This document shows, piece by piece, positions 46,754-58,022 of a stretch of DNA of 64,000 nt. Location of the stretch: sequence record ON528746; one strand, given 5' to 3'. Both the position numbers and the translations under genes were made by a program. The first letter of the stretch is position 1; each line of letters opens with the position of its first letter. The stretch is from Shigella phage ESh36. The notes under the pieces are model-generated. The model did no database searches. It saw only the letters and a program-made list of their open reading frames with translations, and had not been told where the DNA came from.

Positions 46754-47284
46754 TTAAACTTCTGCTATAATTTTTCCATCTTTTTCTACTTGAAAATAGG
46801 TGTAAGGAATCGTTGCAGTACATACTAAAGCCGGGTCTGAATCTTCCGTGTAGCTAAATTCTACTTCAGATAGGTCAGAAACCCAAGGCTTATAAAAATT
46901 TATTGACATCACGATTTCAGTTTTGCTATTATCTAAAATGTAAAGCGTAATGTATTCAGGACCTGTTTTTTGGGCAGTATTTTCACCTGTAAGATAGTTG
47001 CTAGTTCCTAGCATCCATTCATACATTCCTATCCACGACTTAAGCTCTTCATCAACTATAAATCTCACGATGAGTGGATCGTACTCAAATGTAACTCCTG
47101 GACGTTGTGCTCTGCCTAGTCCAAACGGCCCAGTCACGGTATCAGTAACAGGTATCCTAATTCCCGGAATAGGAACTGACTGAGCATTTAAAGTAAAAGC
47201 AGATGTAGTATTACTATGTGGTATTGATACTACAAAGTTAGTTGTATTTGCTTGGTTAAAAATTTGTTGCAGTGCTTGCGACAT
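46754..47284 (-). CDS. 3: Tail sheath stabiliser/tail completion protein gp3
   Basis: 176 aa from the ATG at 47284 (MSQALQQIFNQANTTNF...); order 1-3-2-4 as in T4. Confidence 0.8.
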   Translation of the reverse strand: MSQALQQIFNQANTTNFVVSIPHSNTTSAFTLNAQSVPIPGIRIPVTDTVTGPFGLGRAQRPGVTFEYDPLIVRFIVDEELKSWIGMYEWMLGTSNYLTGENTAQKTGPEYITLYILDNSKTEIVMSINFYKPWVSDLSEVEFSYTEDSDPALVCTATIPYTYFQVEKDGKIIAEV

Positions 47285-47390
47285 ATATTCCTCATAATGC
47301 TTTATAAATGTTGGTGGTATAATGGGTCTAAGTCCCTTCCATTCAATTCCAATTAGAACAAACAATAGAAAAGAATGGAAGATAATAGAA

Positions 47391-48215
47391 TTAGATATTT
47401 GACCAGACTTTGTTTGCAGAGAAACGTTTTCCTTTTGAAACGAACTGCTGAAGTGGCATTAACACAACGTTCGCCCAGTCTTTCGGGGCGATTTCAACAA
47501 GGCTACCCATAATATTACCGGGTATATATGCCTTAATCATTTGGTCTGCACCCCTAAATCCTTTCACTTGACTCCAATCAATTTTTAATTTCGTTTTATT
47601 AGTAATAGTAGGTGTATTTGAATATTGCTTTAAAAGCTCTTCTAGAAATTGCTGACGAGCTTTAGGTGGAATATAGTGCAAGTTCAATCCGTACATTAAA
47701 TTATGTTTACCTAAACCAAGGTAAATTATCAAAGGAAATTTATCCCAGTAAGGAAGAGTTTCCTTGTGTTTAGCATCATAAGCAAAAGCATATATTCGTC
47801 CCGGCTGCGGGCGAACAACCTTATGTCCTTTTACTTGCTTAATAGTTTCAGCAAACCACTTTCTGGTTTTATTATTAATTGCTGCGCCTTCATTACGAAT
47901 TTTATCGCGCAATGTTTGTCTGAATGAATTTATCATAAGCAGTTGTCTTTCTTGCTTATTGAGTTTATTCATTGGTTTTGATTCAAGCTTTTGAATCTTT
48001 TCAGCCGTTTTAATTCCTGAAGCATATTTTGACATTGCTGAAGTAAACGTAGAGTATTTGATTCCTCTTTCTTCAGCAAATTGCTTTCCTGTCATTCCTT
48101 TTGCTTTGGCCTTTTTATATTCAAGACCTATTTGAATCCATTTCTTTTCGTTTAATGATTGCTTAACCTTTGGAACTTGGGGAGTGCTTTCATTAATTAT
48201 TTGAAAAATAGCCAT
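47391..48215 (-). CDS. 2: DNA end protector protein gp2
   Basis: 274 aa; size and position match T4 gp2. Confidence 0.8.
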   Translation of the reverse strand: MAIFQIINESTPQVPKVKQSLNEKKWIQIGLEYKKAKAKGMTGKQFAEERGIKYSTFTSAMSKYASGIKTAEKIQKLESKPMNKLNKQERQLLMINSFRQTLRDKIRNEGAAINNKTRKWFAETIKQVKGHKVVRPQPGRIYAFAYDAKHKETLPYWDKFPLIIYLGLGKHNLMYGLNLHYIPPKARQQFLEELLKQYSNTPTITNKTKLKIDWSQVKGFRGADQMIKAYIPGNIMGSLVEIAPKDWANVVLMPLQQFVSKGKRFSANKVWSNI

Positions 48216-48667
48216 TATGCCCCCTTAAAGCCAAGAGCTCGTAATCCATCTTCTGTCAGAATTCTAAATTTTATTCCACGCTTTTCAGCTAAAGCTTGCG
48301 CTGCTTTCCATTTGTCGGTATTAACAGAATATGTATAAATTTCATTCATAAATCTTTTCTTCGCTGCGGTTGTTAGATGTGCTGGTTTAACTGGTGGTTG
48401 TGTTTCTTTTTTAGGTTTTATTTCAATAAAAAATTCTTGTCCAGAAGAATCTTTCATCCAAATATCCATGAAGTATCTACGTTTTTTCCCTTCTGCATTA
48501 CAAAAATAAGGAATTACTGCTGTTTCACTACCCCATGCAATAATTTCTGGATTTTTATCTAACCATTCAAAAAAGAATTTTTCCCAATTTGATCTATACG
48601 TAATTTTTTTAGGGTCACCTCTATACTTTGATATATTTTTAGGAACCCATTTTCCAGAATATGCCAT
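48215..48667 (-). CDS. 4: Head completion protein gp4
   Basis: 150 aa; overlaps the gene 2 start by 1 nt. Confidence 0.8.
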   Translation of the reverse strand: MAYSGKWVPKNISKYRGDPKKITYRSNWEKFFFEWLDKNPEIIAWGSETAVIPYFCNAEGKKRRYFMDIWMKDSSGQEFFIEIKPKKETQPPVKPAHLTTAAKKRFMNEIYTYSVNTDKWKAAQALAEKRGIKFRILTEDGLRALGFKGA

Positions 48668-48678
48668 TGGATTCTCCT

Positions 48679-48686
48679 TATAAATA
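48679..48686 (+). promoter_or_regulatory. Late promoter (TATAAATA) for gene 53
   Basis: Exact TATAAATA ~29 nt upstream of the gene 53 ATG, followed by SD AGGAGG. Confidence 0.65.
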
Positions 48687-48693
48687 GATAATA

Positions 48694-48701
48694 TATTTAT
48701 A
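48694..48701 (-). promoter_or_regulatory. Late promoter (TATAAATA on the minus strand) for gene 4
   Basis: Plus-strand TATTTATA = minus-strand TATAAATA, ~27 nt upstream of the gene 4 ATG. Confidence 0.55.
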
Positions 48702-48714
48702 AACAGGAGGGCCC

Positions 48715-49305
48715 ATGCTCTTTACATTTTTTGATCCGATTGAATATGCGGCCAAAACGGTGAATAAAAACGCGCCGACTATTCCTATGACAGATATTTT
48801 TAGAAACTATAAAGACTATTTTAAACGCGCTCTTGCGGGATACCGCTTACGTACTTATTATATCAAAGGTTCACCACGCCCGGAAGAATTAGCAAATGCT
48901 ATATATGGAAATCCACAGTTGTATTGGGTTTTATTGATGTGTAATGATAATTATGATCCGTATTATGGATGGATTACTTCGCAAGAAGCTGCTTATCAAG
49001 CATCTATACAAAAATACAAAAACGTAGGTGGAGACCAAATAGTATATCATGTGAATGAAAACGGTGAAAAATTTTATAATTTAGTATCATATGATGATAA
49101 TCCATATGTTTGGTATGACAAAGGCGATAAAGCTAGAAAATATCCTCAATATGAAGGAGCACTTGCTGCGGTCGATACGTATGAAGCTGCTGTTCTTGAA
49201 AATGAAAAACTTCGTCAAATAAAAATAATAGCAAAATCAGACATCAATTCATTTATGAACGACCTTATACGTATAATGGAGAAATCTTATGGAAATGATA
49301 AGTAA
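48715..49305 (+). CDS. 53: Baseplate wedge protein gp53
   Basis: 196 aa; size and position match T4 gp53. Confidence 0.85.
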   Translation: MLFTFFDPIEYAAKTVNKNAPTIPMTDIFRNYKDYFKRALAGYRLRTYYIKGSPRPEELANAIYGNPQLYWVLLMCNDNYDPYYGWITSQEAAYQASIQKYKNVGGDQIVYHVNENGEKFYNLVSYDDNPYVWYDKGDKARKYPQYEGALAAVDTYEAAVLENEKLRQIKIIAKSDINSFMNDLIRIMEKSYGNDK

Positions 49306-51019
49306 TAACCTTAATTGGTTTGTTGGTGTTGTTGAAGATAGAATGGACCCATTAAAATTAGGTCGTGTTCGTGTTCGTGTAGTTGGTCTGCATCCACCTC
49401 AAAGAGCACAAGGCGACGTAATGGGTATTCCAACCGATAAATTACCATGGATGTCAGTTATTCAACCCATAACTTCCGCAGCAATGTCTGGAATTGGAGG
49501 CTCCGTTACTGGTCCAGTAGAAGGAACTAGAGTTTATGGTCATTTTTTAGACAAATGGAAAACTAACGGAATTGTTCTTGGCACGTACGGTGGAATAGTT
49601 CGCGAAAAACCGAATAGACTTGAAGGATTTTCTGACCCAACTGGACAGTATCCTAGACGTCTAGGAAATGATACTAACGTATTAAACCAAGGCGGAGAAG
49701 TAGGATATGATTCGTCTTCTAACATTATCCAAGATAGTAACTTAGACACTGCAATAAATCCTGATGATAGACCGCTATCAGAGATTCCAACTGATGATAA
49801 TCCAAATATGTCAATGGCTGAAATGCTTCGCCGTGATGAAGGATTAAGACTAAAAGTTTATTGGGATACTGAAGGATATCCGACAATTGGTATTGGTCAT
49901 CTTATCATGAAGCAACCAGTTCGTGATATGACCCAAATTAATAAAGTTTTATCAAAACAAGTTGGTCGTGAAATTACCGGAAATCCAGGTTCTATTACAA
50001 TGGAAGAAGCGGTAGCTTTATTTGAACGTGATTTGGCTGATATGCAACGTGACATTAAATCGCATTCTAAAGTTGGCCCAGTTTGGCAAGCAGTTAATCG
50101 TTCTCGTCAAATGGCATTAGAAAATATGGCATTTCAGATGGGTGTTGGTGGTGTAGCTAAATTTAACACAATGTTAACTGCTATGTTAGCCGGAGATTGG
50201 GAAAAAGCATATAAAGCTGGTCGTGATTCATTGTGGTATCAACAAACAAAAGGCCGTGCATCCCGTGTTACCATGATTATTCTTACAGGGAATTTGGAAT
50301 CATACGGCATTGAAGTGAAAACACCGGCTAGGTCTTTGTCAGCAATGGCTGCTGCTGTAGCAAAGTCTTCTGATCCAGCTGACCCTCCTATTCCGAATGA
50401 TTCTAGAATTTTATTCAAAGAGCCTGTTTCTTCATATAAAGGTGAGTATCCGTATGTTCACACAATGGAAACTGAAAGCGGTCATATTCAGGAATTTGAT
50501 GATACCCCTGGGCAAGAACGATACAGATTAGTTCATCCGACTGGAACATATGAGGAAGTATCACCCTCAGGAAGAAGAACAAGAAAAACTGTTGATAATT
50601 TGTATGATATAACAAATGCTGATGGTAATTTTTTGGTAGCCGGTGATAAAAAGACTAACGTCGGTGGGTCAGAAATTTATTACAATATGGATAATCGTCT
50701 CCACCAAATAGATGGAAGCAATACAATATTTGTACGTGGCGATGAAACTAAGACAGTTGAAGGTAATGGAACTATCCTAGTTAAAGGTAATGTTACTATT
50801 GTAGTTGAAGGTAATGCTGACATTACAGTTAAAGGAGATGCTACCACTTTAGTTGAAGGTAATCAAACTAATACAGTAAATGGAAACCTTTCTTGGAAAG
50901 TTGCCGGGACAGTTGATTGGGACGTTGGTGGTGATTGGACAGAAAAAATGGCATCTATGAGTTCTATTTCATCTGGTCAATACACAATTGATGGTAGCCG
51001 TATAGACGTAGGTTTATAA
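49289..51019 (+). CDS. 5: Baseplate hub and tail lysozyme gp5
   Basis: 576 aa; internal lysozyme domain paralogous to e (MLRRDEGLRLKVYWDTEGYPTIGIGHL); C-terminal VEGN/VKGN beta-helix repeats. Confidence 0.92.
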   Translation: MEMISNNLNWFVGVVEDRMDPLKLGRVRVRVVGLHPPQRAQGDVMGIPTDKLPWMSVIQPITSAAMSGIGGSVTGPVEGTRVYGHFLDKWKTNGIVLGTYGGIVREKPNRLEGFSDPTGQYPRRLGNDTNVLNQGGEVGYDSSSNIIQDSNLDTAINPDDRPLSEIPTDDNPNMSMAEMLRRDEGLRLKVYWDTEGYPTIGIGHLIMKQPVRDMTQINKVLSKQVGREITGNPGSITMEEAVALFERDLADMQRDIKSHSKVGPVWQAVNRSRQMALENMAFQMGVGGVAKFNTMLTAMLAGDWEKAYKAGRDSLWYQQTKGRASRVTMIILTGNLESYGIEVKTPARSLSAMAAAVAKSSDPADPPIPNDSRILFKEPVSSYKGEYPYVHTMETESGHIQEFDDTPGQERYRLVHPTGTYEEVSPSGRRTRKTVDNLYDITNADGNFLVAGDKKTNVGGSEIYYNMDNRLHQIDGSNTIFVRGDETKTVEGNGTILVKGNVTIVVEGNADITVKGDATTLVEGNQTNTVNGNLSWKVAGTVDWDVGGDWTEKMASMSSISSGQYTIDGSRIDVGL

Positions 51020-51045
51020 ATTTACATCATTAGAGAATTCAACAA

Positions 51046-51582
51046 TTGGCTAATATACTTCCAATGAGCGCTGATTTAGGAGAATCCATGGAAGGTTCTT
51101 CTATCGACGTCACCTTTACCGCTCAATTAGAAACAGGTGAAACGTTAGTATCTATAAATATAACTAGTTACGAAGAAACTCCTGGGGTTTTAGTAGAAGA
51201 AAATCGCTTATATGGAACATATGAATCTGTATTTGGTTTCGGAAATGACGCGTTGAAATATCGTTTAGGCGATGAATTTAAAACTGCTGCTTCATGGGAA
51301 GAACTTCCAACTGATTCTAATACTCAGTTGTATTTGTGGAAAGCTCCTCAAAATCTCCAGAAGACATTCACTTACGAAGTAACATTAATATATGACTATC
51401 AAGAACAAAGTGAATCTGGAGGTTCTGGCAGTAATTCTAGGTCATCTTCTGATACTACTGAACCAACCGATCCTCCAGCTCCAATAAGAAAAACTCTTGT
51501 TAAAAATTACACAAAAACTATAGTTGGAAATTGGAGTCGTTGGGCTAATAAATTAAGAAGCTACGTGTATGAGAGGCAATAA
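51046..51582 (+). CDS. Hypothetical protein (5.1 position)
   Basis: 178 aa ORF between genes 5 and 5.4. Confidence 0.5.
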
Positions 51583-51876
51583 ATGTCAGGATTAAGTTAT
51601 GATAAGTGTGTTACTGCTGGCCATGAAGCGTGGCCTCCAACAGTTGTGAATGCTACACAAAGTAAAGTATTCACTGGAGGAATTGCTGTTCTCGTAGCAG
51701 GCGATCCAATTACAGAACATACAGAAATTAAAAAGCCATATGAAACACATGGCGGAGTGACACAACCTAGAACTTCTAAGGTATATGTCACAGGAAAGAA
51801 AGCTGTTCAAATGGCTGATCCAATATCATGCGGTGATACTGTGGCTCAGGCATCATCTAAAGTATTCATTAAATAG
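51583..51876 (+). CDS. 5.4: PAAR-repeat spike tip protein gp5.4
   Basis: 97 aa; PAAR-like protein ([20 protein letters not shown]...); size matches T4 gp5.4. Confidence 0.75.
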
Positions 51877-51884
51877 GATTTAAA

Positions 51885-53867
51885 ATGGCAAATACCCCTG
51901 TAAATTATCAATTAACAAGAACAGCAAATGCTATTCCCGAGATATTCGTCGGGGGTACATTTGCTGAAATAAAACAAAACCTCATTGAATGGCTTAATGG
52001 TCAAAATGAATTTTTGGATTATGATTTTGAAGGCTCAAGATTAAACGTTCTGTGCGACCTTTTGGCTTATAATACATTGTACATTCAGCAGTTTGGTAAT
52101 GCTGCCTTGTATGAAAGCTTTATGCGTACTGCTAATTTGCGTAGTTCAGTAGTTCAAGCTGCACAAGATAATGGATATTTACCTACTTCAAAATCAGCTG
52201 CTCAAACTGAAATTATGCTAACTTGCACAGACGCATTGAATAGAAATTACATTACTATTCCTCGTGGTACTCGCTTTTTAGCATATGCAAAAGATACTTC
52301 CGTTAATCCTTACAACTTTGTATCTACCGAAGATGTTATTGCTATTCGCGATAAAAATAACCAATATTTTCCGCGTTTAAAATTAGCCCAGGGACGTATA
52401 GTAAGAACTGAAATCATTTATGATAAATTAACACCTATTATCATTTATGATAAAAATATTGATAGAAACCAGGTTAAATTATACGTTGATGGAGCAGAAT
52501 GGATTAACTGGACAAGAAAGTCAATGGTTCATGCTGGTTCTACCTCGACAATTTACTACATGCGTGAAACTATTGATGGAAATACTGAATTCTATTTTGG
52601 TGAAGGTGAAATTTCTGTTAATGCTTCTGAAGGAGCATTGACTGCTAATTATATTGGAGGTCTTAAACCTACTCAGAACTCTACGATTGTTATTGAGTAC
52701 ATCAGTACTAACGGTGCGGATGCGAATGGCGCAGTCGGATTTTCATATGCAGATACATTAACAAATATAACTGTCATCAATATTAATGAAAATCCAAACG
52801 ATGACCCAGATTTTGTTGGGGCAGATGGCGGCGGCGATCCAGAAGATATTGAACGTATTCGCGAATTGGGTACTATTAAACGTGAAACCCAGCAACGCTG
52901 TGTAACTGCGACTGACTATGATACATTCGTTTCAGAGAGATTTGGTTCTATTATTCAAGCAGTTCAGACGTTCACTGATTCTACTAAACCTGGTTATGCA
53001 TTTATTGCTGCTAAACCTAAATCAGGATTGTATTTAACTACCGTACAGCGTGAAGATATTAAAAATTATCTCAAAGACTATAATTTAGCTCCTATTACGC
53101 CATCAATTATTTCTCCTAATTATCTTTTTATTAAGACTAATTTAAAAGTCACATATGCTTTAAATAAGCTGCAAGAATCCGAACAGTGGCTCGAAGGTCA
53201 AATAATTGATAAAATTGATCGTTATTATACCGAAGACGTAGAAATTTTTAATTCATCTTTCGCTAAATCTAAGATGTTGACATATGTAGATGATGCAGAT
53301 CATTCTATCATTGGCTCATCAGCGACAATTCAAATTGTTCGTGAAGTACAAAACTTCTATAAAACGCCTGAAGCAGGTATTAAATACAATAATCAAATAA
53401 AAGATCGTTCTATGGAATCTAATACGTTTTCATTTAATTCTGGACGAAAGGTTGTAAATCCTGATACTGGTTTAGAAGAAGATGTATTATATGACGTTCG
53501 CATAGTATCAACAGACCGAGATTCTAAAGGAATTGGTAAAGTTATTATTGGTCCATTTGCTTCTGGCGATGTTACAGAAAATGAAAACATTCAGCCATAT
53601 ACAGGCAACGATTTTAACAAATTAGCAAATTCTGATGGACGCGACAAATACTATGTTATCGGTGAAATAAATTATCCAGCTGATGTGATTTATTGGAATA
53701 TCGCTAAAATTAATTTAACATCTGAAAAATTTGAAGTTCAGACCATCGAATTATATTCTGACCCAACCGATGATGTTATCTTTACTCGCGACGGTTCACT
53801 GATTGTATTTGAAAATGACTTACGTCCACAATACTTAACTATCGATTTGGAGCCTATATCACAATGA
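51885..53867 (+). CDS. 6: Baseplate wedge protein gp6
   Basis: 660 aa; size and order match T4 gp6. Confidence 0.88.
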   Translation: MANTPVNYQLTRTANAIPEIFVGGTFAEIKQNLIEWLNGQNEFLDYDFEGSRLNVLCDLLAYNTLYIQQFGNAALYESFMRTANLRSSVVQAAQDNGYLPTSKSAAQTEIMLTCTDALNRNYITIPRGTRFLAYAKDTSVNPYNFVSTEDVIAIRDKNNQYFPRLKLAQGRIVRTEIIYDKLTPIIIYDKNIDRNQVKLYVDGAEWINWTRKSMVHAGSTSTIYYMRETIDGNTEFYFGEGEISVNASEGALTANYIGGLKPTQNSTIVIEYISTNGADANGAVGFSYADTLTNITVININENPNDDPDFVGADGGGDPEDIERIRELGTIKRETQQRCVTATDYDTFVSERFGSIIQAVQTFTDSTKPGYAFIAAKPKSGLYLTTVQREDIKNYLKDYNLAPITPSIISPNYLFIKTNLKVTYALNKLQESEQWLEGQIIDKIDRYYTEDVEIFNSSFAKSKMLTYVDDADHSIIGSSATIQIVREVQNFYKTPEAGIKYNNQIKDRSMESNTFSFNSGRKVVNPDTGLEEDVLYDVRIVSTDRDSKGIGKVIIGPFASGDVTENENIQPYTGNDFNKLANSDGRDKYYVIGEINYPADVIYWNIAKINLTSEKFEVQTIELYSDPTDDVIFTRDGSLIVFENDLRPQYLTIDLEPISQ

Positions 53868-56800
53868 CAGTAAAAGCACCTTCAGTCACTAGTCTCAGAA
53901 TTTCCAAGTTATCCGCAAATCAGGTGCAAGTACGCTGGGATGACGTTGGTGCTAATTTCTACTATTTTGTAGAAATCGCTGAGACAAAAACGAACTCGGG
54001 GGAAAATCTCCCGAGTAATCAATACAGATGGATTAACTTAGGATATACTGCAAATAACAGCTTCTTTTTTGATGATGCTGACCCATTGACATCATACATT
54101 ATCAGAGTAGCTACAGCTGCGCAAGATTTTGAGCAGTCTGATTGGATTTATACCGAAGAGTTTGAAACTTTTGCTACAAATGCTTATACATTTCAAAACA
54201 TGATTGAAATGCAATTAGCCAATAAATTCATTCAGGAAAAATTTACTCTTAATAATTCTGATTATGTTAATTTTAACAATGACACTATAATGGCTGCATT
54301 GATGAATGAATCATTTCAATTCAGCCCATCGTATGTTGATGTTTCATCAATAAGTAATTTTATTATTGGTGAAAATGAGTATCATGAAATACAAGGTTCT
54401 ATTCAGCAAGTATGTAAGGATATTAACCGAGTTTATTTGATGGAATCAGAAGGAATTCTATATCTTTTTGAGCGCTATCAACCTGTAGTTAAAGTATCCA
54501 ATGATAAAGGACAAACCTGGAAAGCCGTAAAGCTCTTCAATGACCGTGTAGGATATCCTTTATCTAAGACAGTATATTACCAATCTGCGAGCACAACATA
54601 CGTTCTAGGATACGACAAGATTTTCTATGGCCGTAAATCGACTGACGTTAGATGGTCAGCAGATGATGTCAGATTCAGTTCGCAGGATATAACATTTGCT
54701 AAACTTGGCGACCAGTTACATTTAGGATTTGATGTAGAAATCTTTGGTACTTATGCTACATTACCTGCAAATGTATATCGTATAGCTGAAGCCATTACTT
54801 GTACGGATGATTATATCTATGTTGTTGCCAGAGATAAAGTTAGATATATAAAAACGAGCAATGCACCTATAGATTCTGATCCATTATCTCCAACATATTC
54901 GGAAAGGCTATTTGAACCTGATACAATGACTATAACTGGAAATCCTAAAGCAGTATGCTATAAAATGGATTCTATTGGTGATAAAGTTTTTGCTCTTATT
55001 ATCGGTGAAGTTGAAACATTAAATGCTAATCCTAGAACGTCAAAAATAATTGATTCTGCTGATAAAGGAATATATGTTTTAAATCATGACACAAAAACGT
55101 GGAAAAGAGTTTTTGGCAACACTGAAGAAGAAAGAAGACGTATTCAACCTGGATATGCGAATATGTCAACTGATGGTAAATTAGTTTCTCTGTCTTCGAG
55201 TAATTTTAAATTTTTAAGTGATAACGTTGTTAATGACCCTGAAACTGCAGCGAAATATCAGTTAATCGGTGCTGTTAAATATGAATTTCCTCGTGAATGG
55301 CTAGCCGATAAGCATTATCATATGATGGCATTTATAGCAGATGAAAAATCTGATTGGGAAACTTTTACACCTCAGCCAATGAAATACTACGCAGAACCGT
55401 TCTTTAACTGGTCTAAAAAATCTAACACACGGTGCTGGATAAACAACTCTAATAGAGCTGTAGTAGTTTATGCTGATTTAAAATACACTAAAGTTATAGA
55501 AAATATTCCGGAAACATCGCCAGATAGATTAGTTCATGAATACTGGGATGATGGTGATTGTACGATAGTAATGCCAAATGTTAAATTCACAGGATTTAAA
55601 AAATATGCGTCTGGGATGCTTTTTTATAAATCTTCTGGTGAAATAATTTCTTACTATGATTTTAACTATCGAGTGAGAGACACGGTTGAAATAATTTGGA
55701 AGCCAACTGGAATATTTTTAAAAGCATTTTTACAAAACCAAGAGCGTGAAACTCCTTGGTCACCAGAAGAAGAGCGTGGATTAGCTGACCCTGATTTAAG
55801 ACCATTGATTGGCACAATGATGCCTGATTCTTATTTACTACAAGATTCGAATTTTGAGGCATTTTGCGAAGCATATATTCAATATCTTTCTGATGGATAT
55901 GGAACTCAGTATAACAATTTACGAAATTTAATTCGTAACAAATATCCACGAGAAGAGCATGCATGGGAATATTTGTGGTCAGAGATATATAAAAGAAACA
56001 TTTATTTAAATGCTGACAAACGTGATGCTGTTGCAAGATTTTTCGAATCACGTAGCTATGATTTTTATTCTACTAAAGGAATTGAAGCATCATACAAATT
56101 TCTTTTTAAAGTTCTTTATAATGAAGAGGTTGAAATTGAAATTGAATCTGGGGCTGGTACTGAATATGATATAATCGTTCAATCTGATTCTTTGACTGAA
56201 GATTTAGTAGGACAAACGATTTATACAGCCACAGGAAGATGTAATGTTACTTATATAGAAAGAAGTTATTCTAATGGTAAATTGCAATGGACCGTAACTA
56301 TTCATAATCTTTTGGGAAGATTAATTGCTGGTCAAGAAGTTAAAGCAGAAAGACTCCCTAGTTTTGAAGGCGAAATTATTCGTGGAGTTAAAGGAAAGGA
56401 TTTGCTTCAAAACAATATAGACTATATTAATAGAAGTAGATCATACTATGTAATGAAAATTAAATCCAATTTACCTTCTTCCCGCTGGAAATCTGACGTT
56501 ATTCGTTTTGTTCATCCAGTAGGATTTGGATTTATAGCAATTACCCTTTTAACGATGTTTATTAATGTTGGTTTAACTCTTAAACATACAGAGACTATAA
56601 TTAATAAATACAAAAACTATAAATGGGATTCTGGATTGCCTACTGAATATGCTGATAGAGTAGCTAAATTAACTCCAACCGGTGAAATTGAGTATGATTC
56701 AGTAACAGGCGAAGCAATTTATGAACCTGGCCCAATGGCTGGTGTAAAATATCCTCTTCCTGATGACTATAATGCTGAAAATAATAATTCAATATTTCAA

Positions 56801-56962
56801 GGTCAATTGCCATCTGAACGACGTAAATTAATGAGTCCTCTATTTGATGCATCTGGAACAACATTTGCACAATTTAGGGATTTAGTTAATAAACGTCTAA
56901 AAGATAATATAGGAAATCCAAGAGACCATGAAAATCCAACACAGGTTAAAATAGATGAATGA
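53864..56962 (+). CDS. 7: Baseplate wedge protein gp7
   Basis: 1032 aa; ATGA overlap with gene 6; size matches T4 gp7. Confidence 0.88.
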   Translation: MTVKAPSVTSLRISKLSANQVQVRWDDVGANFYYFVEIAETKTNSGENLPSNQYRWINLGYTANNSFFFDDADPLTSYIIRVATAAQDFEQSDWIYTEEFETFATNAYTFQNMIEMQLANKFIQEKFTLNNSDYVNFNNDTIMAALMNESFQFSPSYVDVSSISNFIIGENEYHEIQGSIQQVCKDINRVYLMESEGILYLFERYQPVVKVSNDKGQTWKAVKLFNDRVGYPLSKTVYYQSASTTYVLGYDKIFYGRKSTDVRWSADDVRFSSQDITFAKLGDQLHLGFDVEIFGTYATLPANVYRIAEAITCTDDYIYVVARDKVRYIKTSNAPIDSDPLSPTYSERLFEPDTMTITGNPKAVCYKMDSIGDKVFALIIGEVETLNANPRTSKIIDSADKGIYVLNHDTKTWKRVFGNTEEERRRIQPGYANMSTDGKLVSLSSSNFKFLSDNVVNDPETAAKYQLIGAVKYEFPREWLADKHYHMMAFIADEKSDWETFTPQPMKYYAEPFFNWSKKSNTRCWINNSNRAVVVYADLKYTKVIENIPETSPDRLVHEYWDDGDCTIVMPNVKFTGFKKYASGMLFYKSSGEIISYYDFNYRVRDTVEIIWKPTGIFLKAFLQNQERETPWSPEEERGLADPDLRPLIGTMMPDSYLLQDSNFEAFCEAYIQYLSDGYGTQYNNLRNLIRNKYPREEHAWEYLWSEIYKRNIYLNADKRDAVARFFESRSYDFYSTKGIEASYKFLFKVLYNEEVEIEIESGAGTEYDIIVQSDSLTEDLVGQTIYTATGRCNVTYIERSYSNGKLQWTVTIHNLLGRLIAGQEVKAERLPSFEGEIIRGVKGKDLLQNNIDYINRSRSYYVMKIKSNLPSSRWKSDVIRFVHPVGFGFIAITLLTMFINVGLTLKHTETIINKYKNYKWDSGLPTEYADRVAKLTPTGEIEYDSVTGEAIYEPGPMAGVKYPLPDDYNAENNNSIFQGQLPSERRKLMSPLFDASGTTFAQFRDLVNKRLKDNIGNPRDHENPTQVKIDE

Positions 56963-57959
56963 TTCAAGTGTTATCTATCGTGCGATAGTTACTTCAAAAT
57001 TTAGAACAGAAAAAATGTTGAATTTTTATAATTCAATTGGAAGTGGTCCGGATAAAAACACTATCTTTATTACATTTGGAAGATCAGAACCGTGGTCATC
57101 AAACGAAAATGAGGCGGGATTTGCCCCACCTTATCCCACCGATTCTGTGTTAGGTGTAACTGACATATGGACGCATATGATGGGAACAGTAAAGGTTCTT
57201 CCATCAATGCTTGATGCAGTTATTCCTCGTCGAGATTGGGGAGATACTAGATATCCGGATCCGTATACATTTAGAATTAACGATATTGTAGTGTGTAACT
57301 CAGCTCCTTACAACGCTACTGAATCAGGCGCAGGCTGGTTAGTATATCGTTGTTTAGATGTTCCTGATACTGGAATGTGTTCAATCGCATCTTTAACTGA
57401 TAAGGATGAATGCCTTAAATTAGGCGGAAAATGGACACCTTCTGTTAGGTCAATGACTCCTCCTGAAGGTCGAGGAGATGCTGAAGGAACAATTGAACCT
57501 GGGGACGGGTATGTATGGGAATATCTTTTTGAGATTCCACCCGATGTATCTATAAATAGATGCACGAATGAATATATCGTGGTTCCTTGGCCTGAGGAAT
57601 TAAAAGAAGATCCAACTAGATGGGGGTATGAAGATAATCTCACTTGGCAACAAGATGATTTTGGATTAATTTACCGGGTTAAGGCAAATACTATCCGTTT
57701 TAAAGCATATTTAGATTCAGTTTACTTTCCTGATGCTGCATTGCCAGGAAATAAAGGATTTAGACAAATATCAATAATCACAAATCCTCTTGAAGCTAAA
57801 GCTCATCCAAATGACCCAAATGTTAAAGCTGAAAAGGATTATTATGATCCAGAAGATTTAATGAGGCATTCGGGCGAAATGATTTATATGGAAAATAGGC
57901 CACCTATTATCATGGCAATGGATCAAACAGAAGAAATCAATATTCTGTTTACATTTTAA
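56955..57959 (+). CDS. 8: Baseplate wedge protein gp8
   Basis: 334 aa; size and order match T4 gp8. Confidence 0.88.
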   Translation: MNDSSVIYRAIVTSKFRTEKMLNFYNSIGSGPDKNTIFITFGRSEPWSSNENEAGFAPPYPTDSVLGVTDIWTHMMGTVKVLPSMLDAVIPRRDWGDTRYPDPYTFRINDIVVCNSAPYNATESGAGWLVYRCLDVPDTGMCSIASLTDKDECLKLGGKWTPSVRSMTPPEGRGDAEGTIEPGDGYVWEYLFEIPPDVSINRCTNEYIVVPWPEELKEDPTRWGYEDNLTWQQDDFGLIYRVKANTIRFKAYLDSVYFPDAALPGNKGFRQISIITNPLEAKAHPNDPNVKAEKDYYDPEDLMRHSGEMIYMENRPPIIMAMDQTEEINILFTF

Positions 57960-57964
57960 ATTAA

Positions 57965-57990
57965 GGGAGCCCATGGGCTCCCTTTTTCTT
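57965..57990 (+). terminator. Intrinsic terminator after gene 8
   Basis: Perfect palindrome GGGAGCC-CATG-GGCTCCC followed by TTTTTCTT. Confidence 0.7.
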
Positions 57991-57998
57991 TATAAATA
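57991..57998 (+). promoter_or_regulatory. Late promoter (TATAAATA) for gene 9
   Basis: Exact TATAAATA ~25 nt upstream of the gene 9 ATG. Confidence 0.65.
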
Positions 57999-58022
57999 CT
58001 ATAAACTCATAAGGAAACCGCT

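Noticed and set aside
50700-50950. Repetitive DNA in gene 5 (repeated GAAGGTAAT…GTTAAAGG units)
   Set aside because: It encodes the VEGN/VKGN beta-helix repeats of the gp5 needle; it is coding repetition, not a non-coding tandem repeat.
49289-51019. Lysozyme domain of gp5 considered as a second endolysin gene or duplication event
   Set aside because: It is the known internal lysozyme domain of the baseplate hub protein, paralogous to e; expected in T4-like phages.
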